NCBI GenBank assembly: GCA_020348925.1
Contig: CP070758.1
Span: 2,929,688 to 2,993,687, forward strand
Source: Gemmatimonadota bacterium
GTDB lineage: Bacteria > JBHIER01 > G020348925
DNA length: 64,000 bases
Direction: 5' to 3'
Shown here one piece after another: positions 1 through 11,416 of the stretch (position 1 is the first letter of the stretch; every line of letters begins with the position of its first letter). The notes under the pieces were generated by a model, which saw only the letters and a program-made list of their open reading frames with translations, was not told the origin of the DNA and ran no database searches. The translations under genes were made by a program, and so were the position numbers.

Positions 1-1182
1 CCCGTCAAACCGAAGGGCACTCACACCATCGAAAACCCAAACATAATCGTCATACGATAACTGGCACGACGTGGTATCACTGAAGACTTCTAAAATGACC
101 GTGTACAGTCCCGGTTCTTCGAATGTCCACGTTGGATTTCGTTCCTGAGAATCGGTGGTACCGTCGCTGTCGAAGTCCCAGGCCACAGAAGTCGCGGGCA
201 GGGGTGTATTCGAGAAATCGGTAGTGAAGCGGACGGTCAAGGGAGCGTGGCCTGTATTTTGATCCACACGCAGGGACGGTTCATATTTAAGCCTTTCGAT
301 GACGGCTGCGTCCATCCAGTAAATGTCGGCGTTCCTCGAAAAAAAGAAGCACTTCCCGTCGGGCGATACACTTGGGATGGCCTGCGACTCCGATGTATTT
401 ATCTCTTCACCCATGCCAATGGCCTGGGTCCACGTCCCGTCACTTCTTTTGTAACTGACGAACAGATCCGATAAGTATTCTCCTCGTGGTTGGGCGTCAA
501 AAATCAGGTAGCTTTCGTCGGGAGCGATATAGGGGTGGGCCGTGTTCGGTTGAAAATTTATCTCGTCTCCCAGTTGCATGGGTTCTTCATACCCGTCGTC
601 TCCATATCGTGAACAATAGATGCCGTCCTCTCCGGTAAAATAGAAGGTGCCGTCGATGGTTACCGAGGGATACATAACGAAGCGTTCCACAAAAGGGGAG
701 CCTAAGGGTTGTGGTTCTGACCAGCCGGTGTCCGTCTTCTCCAAATACCATTGATGCATATCGATGGCCGGGCCGTCCCCTTCAAAGGGTCTCATCGATC
801 CGAAATAGAGCCTCCGTCCGTCGGGCGTGATATGCGGTTCAAAATCGAAATAACCACCTGAGAAGGAGGCTATCGCCGGTTCTGTCCACTCATCATCAAC
901 TTTTCTGGTGACGTATATGGTGTTCGTGCCCGCTTGGGTCACCGGTCGCCTGGTGAAGTAGTATTCTCTGAAATCGGGGGAGAAAGTTCCCGCAAATTCT
1001 GCCTCGTCCGTCGATATCATACCGGGGGCAAAAATTTCAGGACTCAAACCGGGTTCACCCTGCCCGATATAATCAACCGCAAGCCCGTTGATACGTTGAT
1101 ATCCGGCTGTGTTTTGAGCGTCAGAAGCCCCTGCCGTAATGATGAGGCTCATGATGATACCGACCAAACTCCAACGGACCAT
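1..1182 (-). CDS. Secreted PD40/TolB-like beta-propeller + PKD (+ start of LamG) protein; runs off the window edge
   Basis: Not in the ORF track. Manual translation from ATG at 1182 (RBS GAGGGG) gives the signal peptide MVRWSLVGIIMSLIITAGASDA-Q, then PD40-like motifs (FAPGMIST, TFSPDFREYYF, PHITPDGRRLYFGS). A PKD domain follows (APLTVRF..WDFDSDGTTDS..NPTWTF), then VFDGVSALRFDG, as in the three neighbouring paralogs. Confidence 0.85.
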   Translation of the reverse strand, partial: MVRWSLVGIIMSLIITAGASDAQNTAGYQRINGLAVDYIGQGEPGLSPEIFAPGMISTDEAEFAGTFSPDFREYYFTRRPVTQAGTNTIYVTRKVDDEWTEPAIASFSGGYFDFEPHITPDGRRLYFGSMRPFEGDGPAIDMHQWYLEKTDTGWSEPQPLGSPFVERFVMYPSVTIDGTFYFTGEDGIYCSRYGDDGYEEPMQLGDEINFQPNTAHPYIAPDESYLIFDAQPRGEYLSDLFVSYKRSDGTWTQAIGMGEEINTSESQAIPSVSPDGKCFFFSRNADIYWMDAAVIERLKYEPSLRVDQNTGHAPLTVRFTTDFSNTPLPATSVAWDFDSDGTTDSQERNPTWTFEEPGLYTVILEVFSDTTSCQLSYDDYVWVFDGVSALRFDG

Positions 1183-1258
1183 ACATACCCCCTCTGGTCG
1201 TGGGTCACTCCAATCCGCTTCCCTTGCGGACATTCAATGTTTGGGTCTGTTTCGTGTT

Positions 1259-4200
1259 CTATTTTGCCAGAAGCATCTTCTTTGAGGCAGTGAAGTCCCC
1301 GGCCTTGATCCGGTAAAAGTAGACACCTGAGCTCACCGTCTTGCCGTATTCATCCGTTCCATCCCAGCGTATGGAGTGATATCCGGGTGCCCATTCACCT
1401 TCAATCAGCCCTTTCACACGCTCGCCTGTTATGTTGAAGATGGTCAGGGAGACGTGCGAAGAGATCGGTATCGCAAACTGAATGGTTGTCTCCGGGTTGA
1501 AGGGGTTGGGATAGTTCTGGGCCAGGCTGTACCGTGTCGGTGGAGCTGACTCCGCTTTGACGAGGGCCATGAACCGGTTAAAATCACCGGGAGAGAGATA
1601 CGGTTTGAGAGACCGGCAGAACTGCATCACTTCAGGCGTGATCGCAGTCGTGGAAAGGGCAGCGGCACAATTTCCGATACCCAGGATAGCGTTCACGATC
1701 CCTAACGCGTCGAGGATGTCGACACTGCCGTCATCGTTACAGTCGGCCCTCTCGAGAGGACTTCCCGCCAATAGCGTTGTGCCTAAGATGTGATTGACGA
1801 CGGCCAAGACATCAAGGACGTCGATGTCTCCCTGGCAGTCGATATTGCCTCGTTGGACATCGGCCTGATCGGGATTGGAGAGAGCAGGACAGTTGTCCTC
1901 CTGACAGGTATTGACCGCGTACCCGGGGTCGCCGTAGCCGTCACCGTCGGTGTCGGTGCAGGAGTCGCAGACATCGCCTGAACCGTCACCGTCATCGTCG
2001 ATCTGATCCGGATTTGGCTCGTGGGGGCAGTTGTCGCAGGCATCGCCGATACCGTCCGTGTCCGTATCGTCCTGCAATGGGTTGGCATCGTAAGGACAGT
2101 TGTCCTCAACATCAAGGATTCCATCCTCGTCGGTATCAGTGGTGAGTGGACTCAGACGAATGCCCTCCCGCCATAAGACGTCCCCTAAACTCCCATGATG
2201 TTCATGCGGAGATTTGTCGTGAATTGTCTGACCGACCCCTTCATTCATTTGCCAATAGCCCACCAGACCCACCTCGGTGCCGCTCAGACAGACATTCATA
2301 TTCCCCCGGATCTCCTCTGCGGAGCGAGCGCGATTCCAGATGCGAACCTCATCGATGAGTCCGACATATGTCCAGCCGTGGTCCGGAGAGCTTCCTATGA
2401 CGACATCATCATCGCCGTTCTCTCTGATGCCGCCCGAGGGGTGCGTCGTGTGGGATACGGTCTGTTCGACACCGTTGATGTACATCCGAACAGTGCCCTG
2501 ACCATCGTACGTCGCGGCGATATACTGCCACGCGTTCAGAACAATGGATTGCTCCGGCGTATGGGAATAGCTGACAGGCCCCTCGGCATGGACCATTTGA
2601 AGGGTGAGACAGTGCCGGTTGAAGGACAGGTATGAGTTCACGAGGTAGAGTGAGACGTTCATCTTATCGACGACCCGTCCGAGTCCGAAGGTTTCGAAAA
2701 CTCCCCAGTCGTGCGGGTTGATCCAGGCCTCGATCGTGAAGGCAGCGGTGAGCTCCAGGTCCGGAGCAGCTGCACACGTGACAAAGCTATTCGGGTTGTT
2801 GAAAAGCAGTGCACTTTCACCATCGAAGACATGAACGTACTCCTCGGATACGAGCGTCAGGGTATGATTCGTGTTGGATACATCCAATTGCACGGTATAC
2901 ACTCCGGGTTCCTCGTAGGTCCAAGACGGATTGTGTGCCTCAGAATCGAATGTTCCGTCAGTCTCAAAATCCCATTGCCAGGAGACGACATTTCCCAGTG
3001 TTCGATCCGTAAAATGCACCTCCAAGGGGGCGTGGCCGGTACGCGGCTCGGCGTCGAACTGGGGAAACAGCCCGGATATCTTAAACAGCCAGACATCGAA
3101 GTGACCCGCTCCGTAAGAATCTGTATACCCGGCAACGACGTAGTCCCCGGCCGGTGTGACACACAATGCGTTGCCCCAATCGGTGCCAGTGCCGCCGACA
3201 TGTCTTGTCCACAGAACGGCCCCGTCGGGGTCCGTCTTCAGGACAACCACGTCGTTTTTGCCGGTTTCCACATATTTCGTAATACCACAGAGTATGTAAC
3301 CGCCGTCATCTGTCTGACATATTGCGTTGCCAAAATCAAAGAACGTCTCTCCCAGATAGTGTTCCCACAGATGGTTTCCATCCGAATCGGTTTTTATCAT
3401 GTACATGTCCATGGGCCAGTTGACGCTGCCGTCACCGATCAAAATATATCCGCCGTCAGCGGTTGGGCAGACGTCGTTCCCCCAATCGAACGAGAAGAAA
3501 TATTCACCGTTGTAATTTCGGGACCAGCTGACATGTCCGTCGAGATCGGTCTTGATCAGGTAAAAATCGCGATTCGAGGCGATGAGATCTTCAGAACCGG
3601 CGGAGCCGAAAAAGAGCAATCCACCGTCCGGTGTCGTGCACACCGATCGACATGTTTCCGAGCGGTCGCCACCGAAGGTTTTCGTCCAGACCGTGTCGCC
3701 GTCGGAGTCTGTTTTTATGAAATAAAAATCGTCCTCACCGGCTCCGAAGGATTCGGTATAGCCCCCGACGATGAAATGACCGTCATCCGTTTCGACGACC
3801 GATCTTCCGACATCCGCACCGGGACCGCCGAGTGTTCAGGTCCAGGAGACGTCTCCGTTTGCATCGGTCTTGACGAGATAGACGTCCTTTGATCCCGCCC
3901 CGAAGGAGGTCGTATATCCGGTCGCAATGTACCCGCCGTCGCTGGTTTGGCAGGCCGAGTACCCGTACTCCCAGCCCTCACCGCCGTACGTCTGTGACCA
4001 TTCTTCATGTCCCTCCGCATCGGTCTTTATGACATACATATCGGCGTGGCCCGCTCCGTAGGAGAACGTATATCCGCACAGAACAAAGCCTCCATCGTCC
4101 GTTCCATTTACAGACATGCCTCCTTCCGAAGAGATGCCGCCAAAAGTTCTGGCCCATACGACCTCATCCTCCTGTTGTGAGCCGGATGCGCGAATGGGAC

Positions 4201-4873
4201 CAAGGGCCGTTTTTTTCTTGCCCTGCCTGTGAGCCCGCAGATGTTGCGTGTTTTCCAGAGCAGTGGCGACGGCCTCGATGTTTTGGACATGGTAATGGAG
4301 ATCCCTGACGCTTGTGACGATGTTTCCATCAATCACAGGAGCATGATCCTGGCCCACGTATACGGCGCCGGCGGCTTCATATTCATTTAGATACATATCC
4401 CTGTCTCCCCGCCTGCCTGTGATTGTGACGCCTTCGAGTCGGTTTGCAGCGGCCAATATGCGGGGACCTGCGCATACGGTATAGACGACCAGACCGGAAT
4501 CAACGGCAGTTGCAACAAGGTTGAGTGCCTGGGAGTCGTTTATGATATCATCGTACACATTGGCTCCCAGATCGCGCCAGCTTGAGGGCATGATGGCCAG
4601 AACGTCGTACTGGGTGATGTCTGTGATATCGGAAACCAAAACATCGACCGTCATGGGCAGAGCGGGAAAACTTGCACAGGGCTGGATTGTTTGTGTGATC
4701 CCGGCATAGGTGACATGCCACCCGTGATGCTCGAGGTTATCGTTGTTCAGGAACGTATTTCCGCCGTACCGGTCGGACATCAGTGCCAAAACGTTGATGT
4801 CTTGGGCGAATATCCCGGTCGTAAAACTTAGTGCGAAAACAGCACAGACGAGAGCGGCTATTGTTGTTTTCAT
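1259..4873 (-). CDS. Secreted DJ-1/PfpI-like + propeller repeats + PKD + LamG + TSP3 + dockerin + CTD protein, interrupted by one in-frame TGA at 3836-3838
   Basis: ORFs 3836..4873 and 1259..3643 share a frame. The intervening DNA reads VSWT*TLGGPGADVGRSVVETDDGHFIVGGY, continuing the IKTDxxG-W-xxTxGG repeats. Other motifs: nucleophile elbow VCAGP, DxDxDG/DNCP repeats, paired dockerin loops and the QNYPNPFNP..KKMLLAK tail. Confidence 0.85.
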
Positions 4874-5007
4874 CGGAATCCCTCCTTCGACCCTAAAGGA
4901 ATCACGTCTGGGGGCACATATCTTTTTTCGAGAAAGTGCTTCAATGATATTCTTCCGGTCTTCGGATCAAGATCGCATGAACAACAGCGGAGCATTCAAA
5001 CGCGAGC

Positions 5008-7938
5008 CTATTTTAAAAGAATCATCCGCTTCGTGGACGAGAATTTACCGACCGCAAGACGATAGAGGTAGATGCCACTGGCACATTCCGATCCGCTGTT
5101 ATCCTTTCCGTTCCAGTTTACCTTATACTGACCACCTTCTTTTCGATCATCCACCAGGATTCGCACCTCTTGCCCCAACAGGTTGTAAATTTTCAGGGTG
5201 GTGTGGACTGGGGAGTTCACATGCGGTATGTGGTACGTAATTTCTGTTTCCGGGTTGAAGGGATTGGGATAGTTCTGGGCTAAGGCATACTCAGCCGGTA
5301 GGGCCATCTCGTCTTCGACCAGGATCATGAATCGAGTGAAATCTTCCTTATCAAGATAGGCTTTGAGAGCCCTGCAGAATTGGATCACGTCGGTATTGAT
5401 GGTGGCATTGACCCTTTCGGGAAAACAGCCACCCGTACCCAGAATGGCGTTCACGATCCCCAAGGCGTCGAGGATGTTGACGCTGCCGTCAGTATTGCAG
5501 TCGGCCCGGCTGAGAGAACCGCCGATCAATGGGTTCGTGCCCAGGATGTGATTGACGACGGCCAGCACATCCAGGACATCGATGCCTCCCTGGCAGTCGA
5601 TGTCGCCTCTTTCGGCTTCAAACTGATCGGGATTGGGAACATGAGGGCAGTTGTCCTCCTGGCAGGTATTGAGCGCGTATCCGGGGTCGCCGTAGCCGTC
5701 ACCATCGGTGTCGGTGCACTGGTCGCAGAGGTCACCGCTTCCGTCGCCGTCTCCGTCGGTCTGATCCGAGTTGGCTTCATCCGGGCAGTTGTCACAGAAA
5801 TCCCCAACACCATCGGCGTCACCATCTTCCTGTTCCGGGTTGTAGACTTCGGGACAGTTGTCATCGATATCGTTGATCCCATCTTCGTCGTCATCCACTG
5901 ACGCCGGATGGAGGTGCACGCCTTGGATCCAGGTTGTCAGCACCGCCGTTCCGTCGTTTCCGTTTTGGGAGAGATCCGTAATTGTCTCACCGTTGCCCTC
6001 ATTCATCTGCCAGTTCCCGACCAAATGGGATTCGGACCCCTCCAGATAAGAATCCATAGTGGCCGAGATCTCCTCTCCGGTTCGAACGGCATCCCAGATC
6101 CGGACCTCATCGATGCTGCCTTCGTAGGGAAAACTCCGCCCGGCGTCATTTCCTATCACCAGATCGTTGGCGCTGTTGTCCGCGATGGGTCCTGAAGCTG
6201 AAGGTGCCTGTGAGAGGGTCTGTTCAACGCCGTTGAGATACATCCTGATGGTGCTGGTTGCGCCGTCGTACGTCACAGCGACGTGTTGCCAGGTATCGAG
6301 GAGGATGGAATTCTCCGGTGTGACGGTGAAACTGCCGCTGCCGTTGTCGTGGAAAAGTTGCAGTGCCAGACTGTGATCGTTGAAAGCCGGATGCGAGCCC
6401 ACCAGAAAGAGGGTGAATCGGCCTTTGTCAAGCACGCTTCCAAATCCGAGATTGACTAGTGGTCCCCAGCCGGCGGGATTGATCCAGGCCTCGATGGTCA
6501 GGGCCCCGGTGATATTCAAGGTGGGTGCAGCCGGACAGAGGAGAGAGCCGTTACCCCCGCCAAACTGAAGGGCACTTTCACCGTCGAAGACGCGAATGTA
6601 GCTCTCCCGGACTTGGGTGTAGGTGATGGTTCCGTCAGAGACTTTGAGGCTCACAGAGTAAATTCCCGGCTGCGTATACGTCCAGACCGGGTCATGTTCC
6701 TCGGAATCTGTGGTGCCGTCATTTTCGAAATCCCAGGCCCAGGAGGTGAGAGGCTGGAGGGCGTTTGAAAAGTTCGTGAACTGGATGGTCAGAGGCGCAT
6801 GACCGGACACTTCGTCCGTTTGAAAATAGGCACCGTACAAATTGTTCTCCCACCAGGAGATTTCGTTGCTGTAAATCGCAGCTGCCAGAACATCGGGATC
6901 CCCATCGCCGTCAAAATCGGCCACACACGGATATGTTGCACCCTGAAAGTCTTCCGAAAGATCGTGTTGAGTGAAAACCTGATCTCCGTCATTTTCCCAC
7001 CACCTGACAGTACCACCACCCTTGGCGGTTCCCAGAATATCGATATCGCCATCCAGGTCGAGATCGGCGGCATACACCCCGCGGGCTCTCAGAAAATCGA
7101 CGCCAATGACGTGGGGTGTGAAAGACTGACTCCCGTCGTTTTCGTACCACACAATTTGTCCGCCAAAACAGAGTGAGCACACCAGATCCATATGACCGTC
7201 TCGGTCAATGTCTTCGGCATACACGGCAGTCGGCCCATCCACACCGGATTGAACCACATGCTCTGTGAAGAGCCGGTCTCCGGTATTCTCGAACCATAAG
7301 ACCTGTCTTGATCCGGGACCTGTTCCTGCTATATCGATGTCACCGTCCCCATCGATATCTTTCGCATACAGACAGTTGGCTGCTGTCCAGTTTATTCTGA
7401 GGATATGCTCGGTGAAATTCTGGCCGCCGTCATTCTCGAACCAGACAGCTCTTGCAGCCTGGCATGAGGCCACAAGCACATCCATATCCTCGTCACCATC
7501 CATGTCTTCAGCCGCAACGTACGTTGGATTTTGCCAGTTGTCGGCGATGATGTGCTGTGAGAAATTCTGGGTGCCATCGTTTTCCCACCAGGCCACGGTA
7601 TCGCTTTGAAACCCCGCACCCACAACATCAATGTCTCCGTCCGAATCCAGGTCGACTCCGCAGATACCTTTCGGACCGCCAAAGCTGTTGGTGATGCTGT
7701 GTCCGATGAAGTTTTTGTTTCCGTCGTTCTCCCACCAGGCGATGCTGTTGGCCTCAAGAGCCGAACCCACTATATCGATATCCCCATCACCGTCCATATC
7801 GATGGCCACTGCATGCCATGGAGCGTTGAAGTCGTCTGTTACATTGTGTTCAGTGAAAAGAGGCTGCAAAAAGCCGGAGGTTACAAAACAGAAAAGCAAA
7901 ACAGAACATACGATCAAACTACGAAAAAGCGTTTTCAT
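5008..7938 (-). CDS. Secreted FG-GAP/VCBS repeat + PKD + LamG + TSP3 + dockerin + CTD protein
   Basis: Signal peptide, about seven DxDGDGDxD..WWENDG repeats, PKD WDFENDG, LamG TIEAWINP..IDEVRIW, DNCP repeats, dockerin and QNYPNPFNP tail. Confidence 0.92.
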   Translation of the reverse strand: MKTLFRSLIVCSVLLFCFVTSGFLQPLFTEHNVTDDFNAPWHAVAIDMDGDGDIDIVGSALEANSIAWWENDGNKNFIGHSITNSFGGPKGICGVDLDSDGDIDVVGAGFQSDTVAWWENDGTQNFSQHIIADNWQNPTYVAAEDMDGDEDMDVLVASCQAARAVWFENDGGQNFTEHILRINWTAANCLYAKDIDGDGDIDIAGTGPGSRQVLWFENTGDRLFTEHVVQSGVDGPTAVYAEDIDRDGHMDLVCSLCFGGQIVWYENDGSQSFTPHVIGVDFLRARGVYAADLDLDGDIDILGTAKGGGTVRWWENDGDQVFTQHDLSEDFQGATYPCVADFDGDGDPDVLAAAIYSNEISWWENNLYGAYFQTDEVSGHAPLTIQFTNFSNALQPLTSWAWDFENDGTTDSEEHDPVWTYTQPGIYSVSLKVSDGTITYTQVRESYIRVFDGESALQFGGGNGSLLCPAAPTLNITGALTIEAWINPAGWGPLVNLGFGSVLDKGRFTLFLVGSHPAFNDHSLALQLFHDNGSGSFTVTPENSILLDTWQHVAVTYDGATSTIRMYLNGVEQTLSQAPSASGPIADNSANDLVIGNDAGRSFPYEGSIDEVRIWDAVRTGEEISATMDSYLEGSESHLVGNWQMNEGNGETITDLSQNGNDGTAVLTTWIQGVHLHPASVDDDEDGINDIDDNCPEVYNPEQEDGDADGVGDFCDNCPDEANSDQTDGDGDGSGDLCDQCTDTDGDGYGDPGYALNTCQEDNCPHVPNPDQFEAERGDIDCQGGIDVLDVLAVVNHILGTNPLIGGSLSRADCNTDGSVNILDALGIVNAILGTGGCFPERVNATINTDVIQFCRALKAYLDKEDFTRFMILVEDEMALPAEYALAQNYPNPFNPETEITYHIPHVNSPVHTTLKIYNLLGQEVRILVDDRKEGGQYKVNWNGKDNSGSECASGIYLYRLAVGKFSSTKRMILLK

Positions 7939-7990
7939 AATGTGGCACCTTTCCTTTAAATGAAGGGACGAAAGTCTGTTCTCAAAAAGG

Positions 7991-10909
7991 CTATTTCACA
8001 AGGAGCATCTTTTTCGACTGGTTGAAACCTTGAGCCCTCAGCCTGTAAAAGTAAACACCTGAGCTCACCGTGTTGCCGTAATCATCCGTTCCATCCCAGC
8101 GTATGGAGTGATATCCGGGTGCCCGTTCACCTTCAATCAGCCCTTTCACACGCTCGCCTGTCATATTGAAGATGGCCAGGGAGACGTGTGAGGAGATCGG
8201 TATCGCAAACTGAATCGTAGTCTCTGGATTGAAGGGATTGGGATAGTTCTGGGTCAGACTGTACTGGGTCGGTAGAGCCGACTCCGCTTTGACGAGGGCC
8301 ATGAAGCGGGTAAAGTCCGCGGGAGAGAGATACGGTTTGAGGGACCGGCAGTAGTGGATCACATCGGGATCCATTCTTGGTCTGAATGCAGGGGAGCATT
8401 CACCAAGACCCAGGATGGCGTTCACGATCCCCAGGGCGTCGAGGATGTCGACACTGCCGTCGGTGTTGCAATCGGCCCGCTGTAGCGGTCCTCCGGTCAA
8501 CGGCGTCGTGCCCAGGATGTGGTTGACGACGGCTAGGACATCCAGGACATCGATACCTCCCTGGCAATCGATGTTGCCTGGCTCAACCTCGGCCTGATCC
8601 GGATTGGGGACGGACGGGCAATTGTCCTCCTGACAGGTATTGGCCGGGTATCCGGGGTCGCCGTAGCCGTCACCGTCGGTATCGGTGCAGTTGTCGCAGA
8701 CATCGCCTGAACCGTCACCGTCATCGTCGATCTGATCCGGATTTGGCTCATGGGGGCAGTTGTCGCAGACATCGCCGAGGCCGTCACCGTCCGCATCCGC
8801 CTGATCCGGATTGTGGTCATGGATACAGTTGTCGTCCACATCAAGGATTCCATCCTCGTCGGTATCGGTTGTCGCAGGATCAAGGTGCACGCCCTGAAAC
8901 CAGAGAGCATCAACGACGGTGCCGTCGTTCCCATTGCCCGACATGTCAGTCATCGTCGCACCAGTGCCTTCGTTCATCTGCCAGTAGCCGGCCAGGCCGG
9001 ATTCGTTTCCGACCAGATACCTGTCCCTGTGAGCCTGGATGTCCTCAGTCGAGCGAACCACATTCCAGAGTCGAACCTCATCGATGAGCCCTTCAAAGGT
9101 TAATCCGAGACTGACATCACTCCCGATGAAGAGATTGTCCGCCCCGTTGTCTCTCAGAATTCCTGAAGGAAGAGTGGGTTGGCTGAGCGTCTGCTCCTCG
9201 CCGTTCAAATATATTCTGACAGTGCTCGTGGCACCGTTATAGGTTGCGGCGATGTGTTGCCAGTCGTCCAGCACAATTGATTGTACCGGTGTGAGTGCAT
9301 AACTGCTTGAACCGTCATCGTGGAACAACTGGAGGATGAGGCTGTTATCATTGAAAGCCGCATGGGTGCCGACGAGATAAAGAACGCATCCACCCTTGTC
9401 GAGAATCCTGCCGAAGCCGAGATTGAATATTTCGCCCCAGCTTACGGGATGGATCCAGGCCTCGACGGTCAGGGCCTCAGTGATGTTCAGGGATGGAGCG
9501 GCCGGACAGGAGATATGGCTGTCCCGGCCGTTAAACTGGAGGGCACTCTCACCGTCAAAAACCCGAACGTAATCATCCCGGATCTGTGTATACGTGACGG
9601 ATTCATTCGACACTTCCAGTGCAACGGAATACGTTCCGGGGACCGTATACGTCCACGTCGGGTGTTGCTCCTCAGAATCGATGGACCCGTTATTTTCGAA
9701 ATCCCACAACCACGTTGTGAGAGGAGAGGAGGCGTTGGACAGATTTGTAAATTGAACCGAAAGCGGTGCATGCCCGGAGGTGACGTCCGGCTGAAATTCG
9801 GCCCCGTACAGTTTGTTCTCCCACCACGTGATCTGATTGCCGAATTGGGCCGCTCCCACAATGTCGACATCTCCGTCGGTGTCTATGTCTTCGGGATGAA
9901 GACTCGTGGCTCCGTTGAAATTGTCCGAGACGATGTGCTTTGTGAAATGCTGTGATCCGTCGTTTTCCCACCAGGCAATTTCGTCGCTATCGATGGCTGC
10001 TCCCAGAATGTCCGTGTCACCGTCATTGTCCATGTCCGCCGTCCGGACGAAGTGCGGTCTCATGAAATTTTCTCCGAGGACGTGTTGGGTGAACACCTCG
10101 TGGCCGTCGTTTTCAAACCAAGCGATCTGATTGACCTGACAGGCCGTCCCAAGCACATCGATATCGCCATCAAGGTCGACATCCGCTGCATCGACGCAGC
10201 TGGGACGCCCCCAACTACCCAAAATCGTATGTTCGGAAAAATTTTGATGACCGTCATTTTCGAACCATGAGATGTCGTTTGCGAAGGCGGCTGTGCCCAG
10301 TATATCCACATCCCCATCTGAGTCGACATCAGATGCATGAACACTATTGACGTGATCCCAATTCTGCTTCACCATATGCTCTGTGAAGTTCTGATGACCG
10401 TCGTTTTCATACCATGCTACTCTGTTGGAGCCGTCTTCGCATGCTGTTGCCAGAATATCCACGTCACCGTCTGAATCGACATCAATCGCATACACGTAAT
10501 TTGGAGAGAGCAAATTTGCGACGGCGTGTTCTGTGAAGTTTCCAAGTCCGTCGTTTTCATACCATACGATCCTATCCGCTTCCTGAAGGGTACAGACCAC
10601 ATCAACATCGTTGTCCGAATCAAGATCAATGGCATAGAGCCCCATGGCAAAAGTTGCCGCTGCTGAAATGATGTGCTCTGTAAAATGTTGGTGGCCATCG
10701 TTCTCCCACCAGGCAACGCGGCTGCCGAAACGGGTGGAGCCGAGCAGATCGGTATCGTTATCGTTATCCACATCAACGGCAAAGACACTCCAGGAATTGT
10801 ATTCTCCCGAAATTGGATGTTCTGTGAAGAAGATCTCCGCAGAGCCCAATGGAGTCAAGAGTATGATAAACGCGCAGATACCGATGGAGCACAGTACCAT
10901 GTTTTTCAC
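7991..10909 (-). CDS. Secreted FG-GAP/VCBS repeat + PKD + LamG + TSP3 + dockerin + CTD protein
   Basis: Same architecture as 5008..7938. Start moved to GTG at 10909 because it follows AAGGAGG and is followed by a signal peptide. Confidence 0.92.
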   Translation of the reverse strand: MKNMVLCSIGICAFIILLTPLGSAEIFFTEHPISGEYNSWSVFAVDVDNDNDTDLLGSTRFGSRVAWWENDGHQHFTEHIISAAATFAMGLYAIDLDSDNDVDVVCTLQEADRIVWYENDGLGNFTEHAVANLLSPNYVYAIDVDSDGDVDILATACEDGSNRVAWYENDGHQNFTEHMVKQNWDHVNSVHASDVDSDGDVDILGTAAFANDISWFENDGHQNFSEHTILGSWGRPSCVDAADVDLDGDIDVLGTACQVNQIAWFENDGHEVFTQHVLGENFMRPHFVRTADMDNDGDTDILGAAIDSDEIAWWENDGSQHFTKHIVSDNFNGATSLHPEDIDTDGDVDIVGAAQFGNQITWWENKLYGAEFQPDVTSGHAPLSVQFTNLSNASSPLTTWLWDFENNGSIDSEEQHPTWTYTVPGTYSVALEVSNESVTYTQIRDDYVRVFDGESALQFNGRDSHISCPAAPSLNITEALTVEAWIHPVSWGEIFNLGFGRILDKGGCVLYLVGTHAAFNDNSLILQLFHDDGSSSYALTPVQSIVLDDWQHIAATYNGATSTVRIYLNGEEQTLSQPTLPSGILRDNGADNLFIGSDVSLGLTFEGLIDEVRLWNVVRSTEDIQAHRDRYLVGNESGLAGYWQMNEGTGATMTDMSGNGNDGTVVDALWFQGVHLDPATTDTDEDGILDVDDNCIHDHNPDQADADGDGLGDVCDNCPHEPNPDQIDDDGDGSGDVCDNCTDTDGDGYGDPGYPANTCQEDNCPSVPNPDQAEVEPGNIDCQGGIDVLDVLAVVNHILGTTPLTGGPLQRADCNTDGSVDILDALGIVNAILGLGECSPAFRPRMDPDVIHYCRSLKPYLSPADFTRFMALVKAESALPTQYSLTQNYPNPFNPETTIQFAIPISSHVSLAIFNMTGERVKGLIEGERAPGYHSIRWDGTDDYGNTVSSGVYFYRLRAQGFNQSKKMLLVK

Positions 10910-11416
10910 GATATCCCTCCTTTGGTGAATGATTGAAAGTATGGACACTTTATACCACTCGGTCACGCTTTTCAGCCGGTTGCATCTGAGACACACATTT
11001 TTTTGTCAATGTTTCACGTCGCCCTGTTTCATTTCCTCTGCGTCTCCGTATCTAGTCTTTCGTTCAATTTCTGTGGAGCCCACGTGCGTTGCCTCTGTCT
11101 TTCGCAAAATACGTACCGACAAAGGATGTTACGTGTTCCCCAGGAGTTCTGTTTCGAAAGCATTGTGCCCCGGAGAGATTTTAGGGGCTGCTCACATATC
11201 TCGGTATCTGTCACGTCGGGTAAAGATGCAGGCGATTGCACGCTAAGGGGATGAAATCTGCAGCTCTTGGATGTTCATATTGGTCCCGGCATATGAGATG
11301 GATCATAGCTTTGTTGTTCGTCTTGCTTGCGGAAGTCTCAGTTCAATATACCCGGAGTCATGAAAGAGTTTCCGGCACCCGAAAAACGTGAAATCGAAGA
11401 TCTCAACGATTATGTG

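Noticed and set aside
2711-3892. 393-aa + strand ORF
   Set aside because: Antisense shadow of the well-supported minus-strand gene; no motifs.
1259-10909. Diversity-generating retroelement behind the repeated tails
   Set aside because: No reverse transcriptase in the window, the repeats are all within coding paralogs, and the differences are not adenine-specific.
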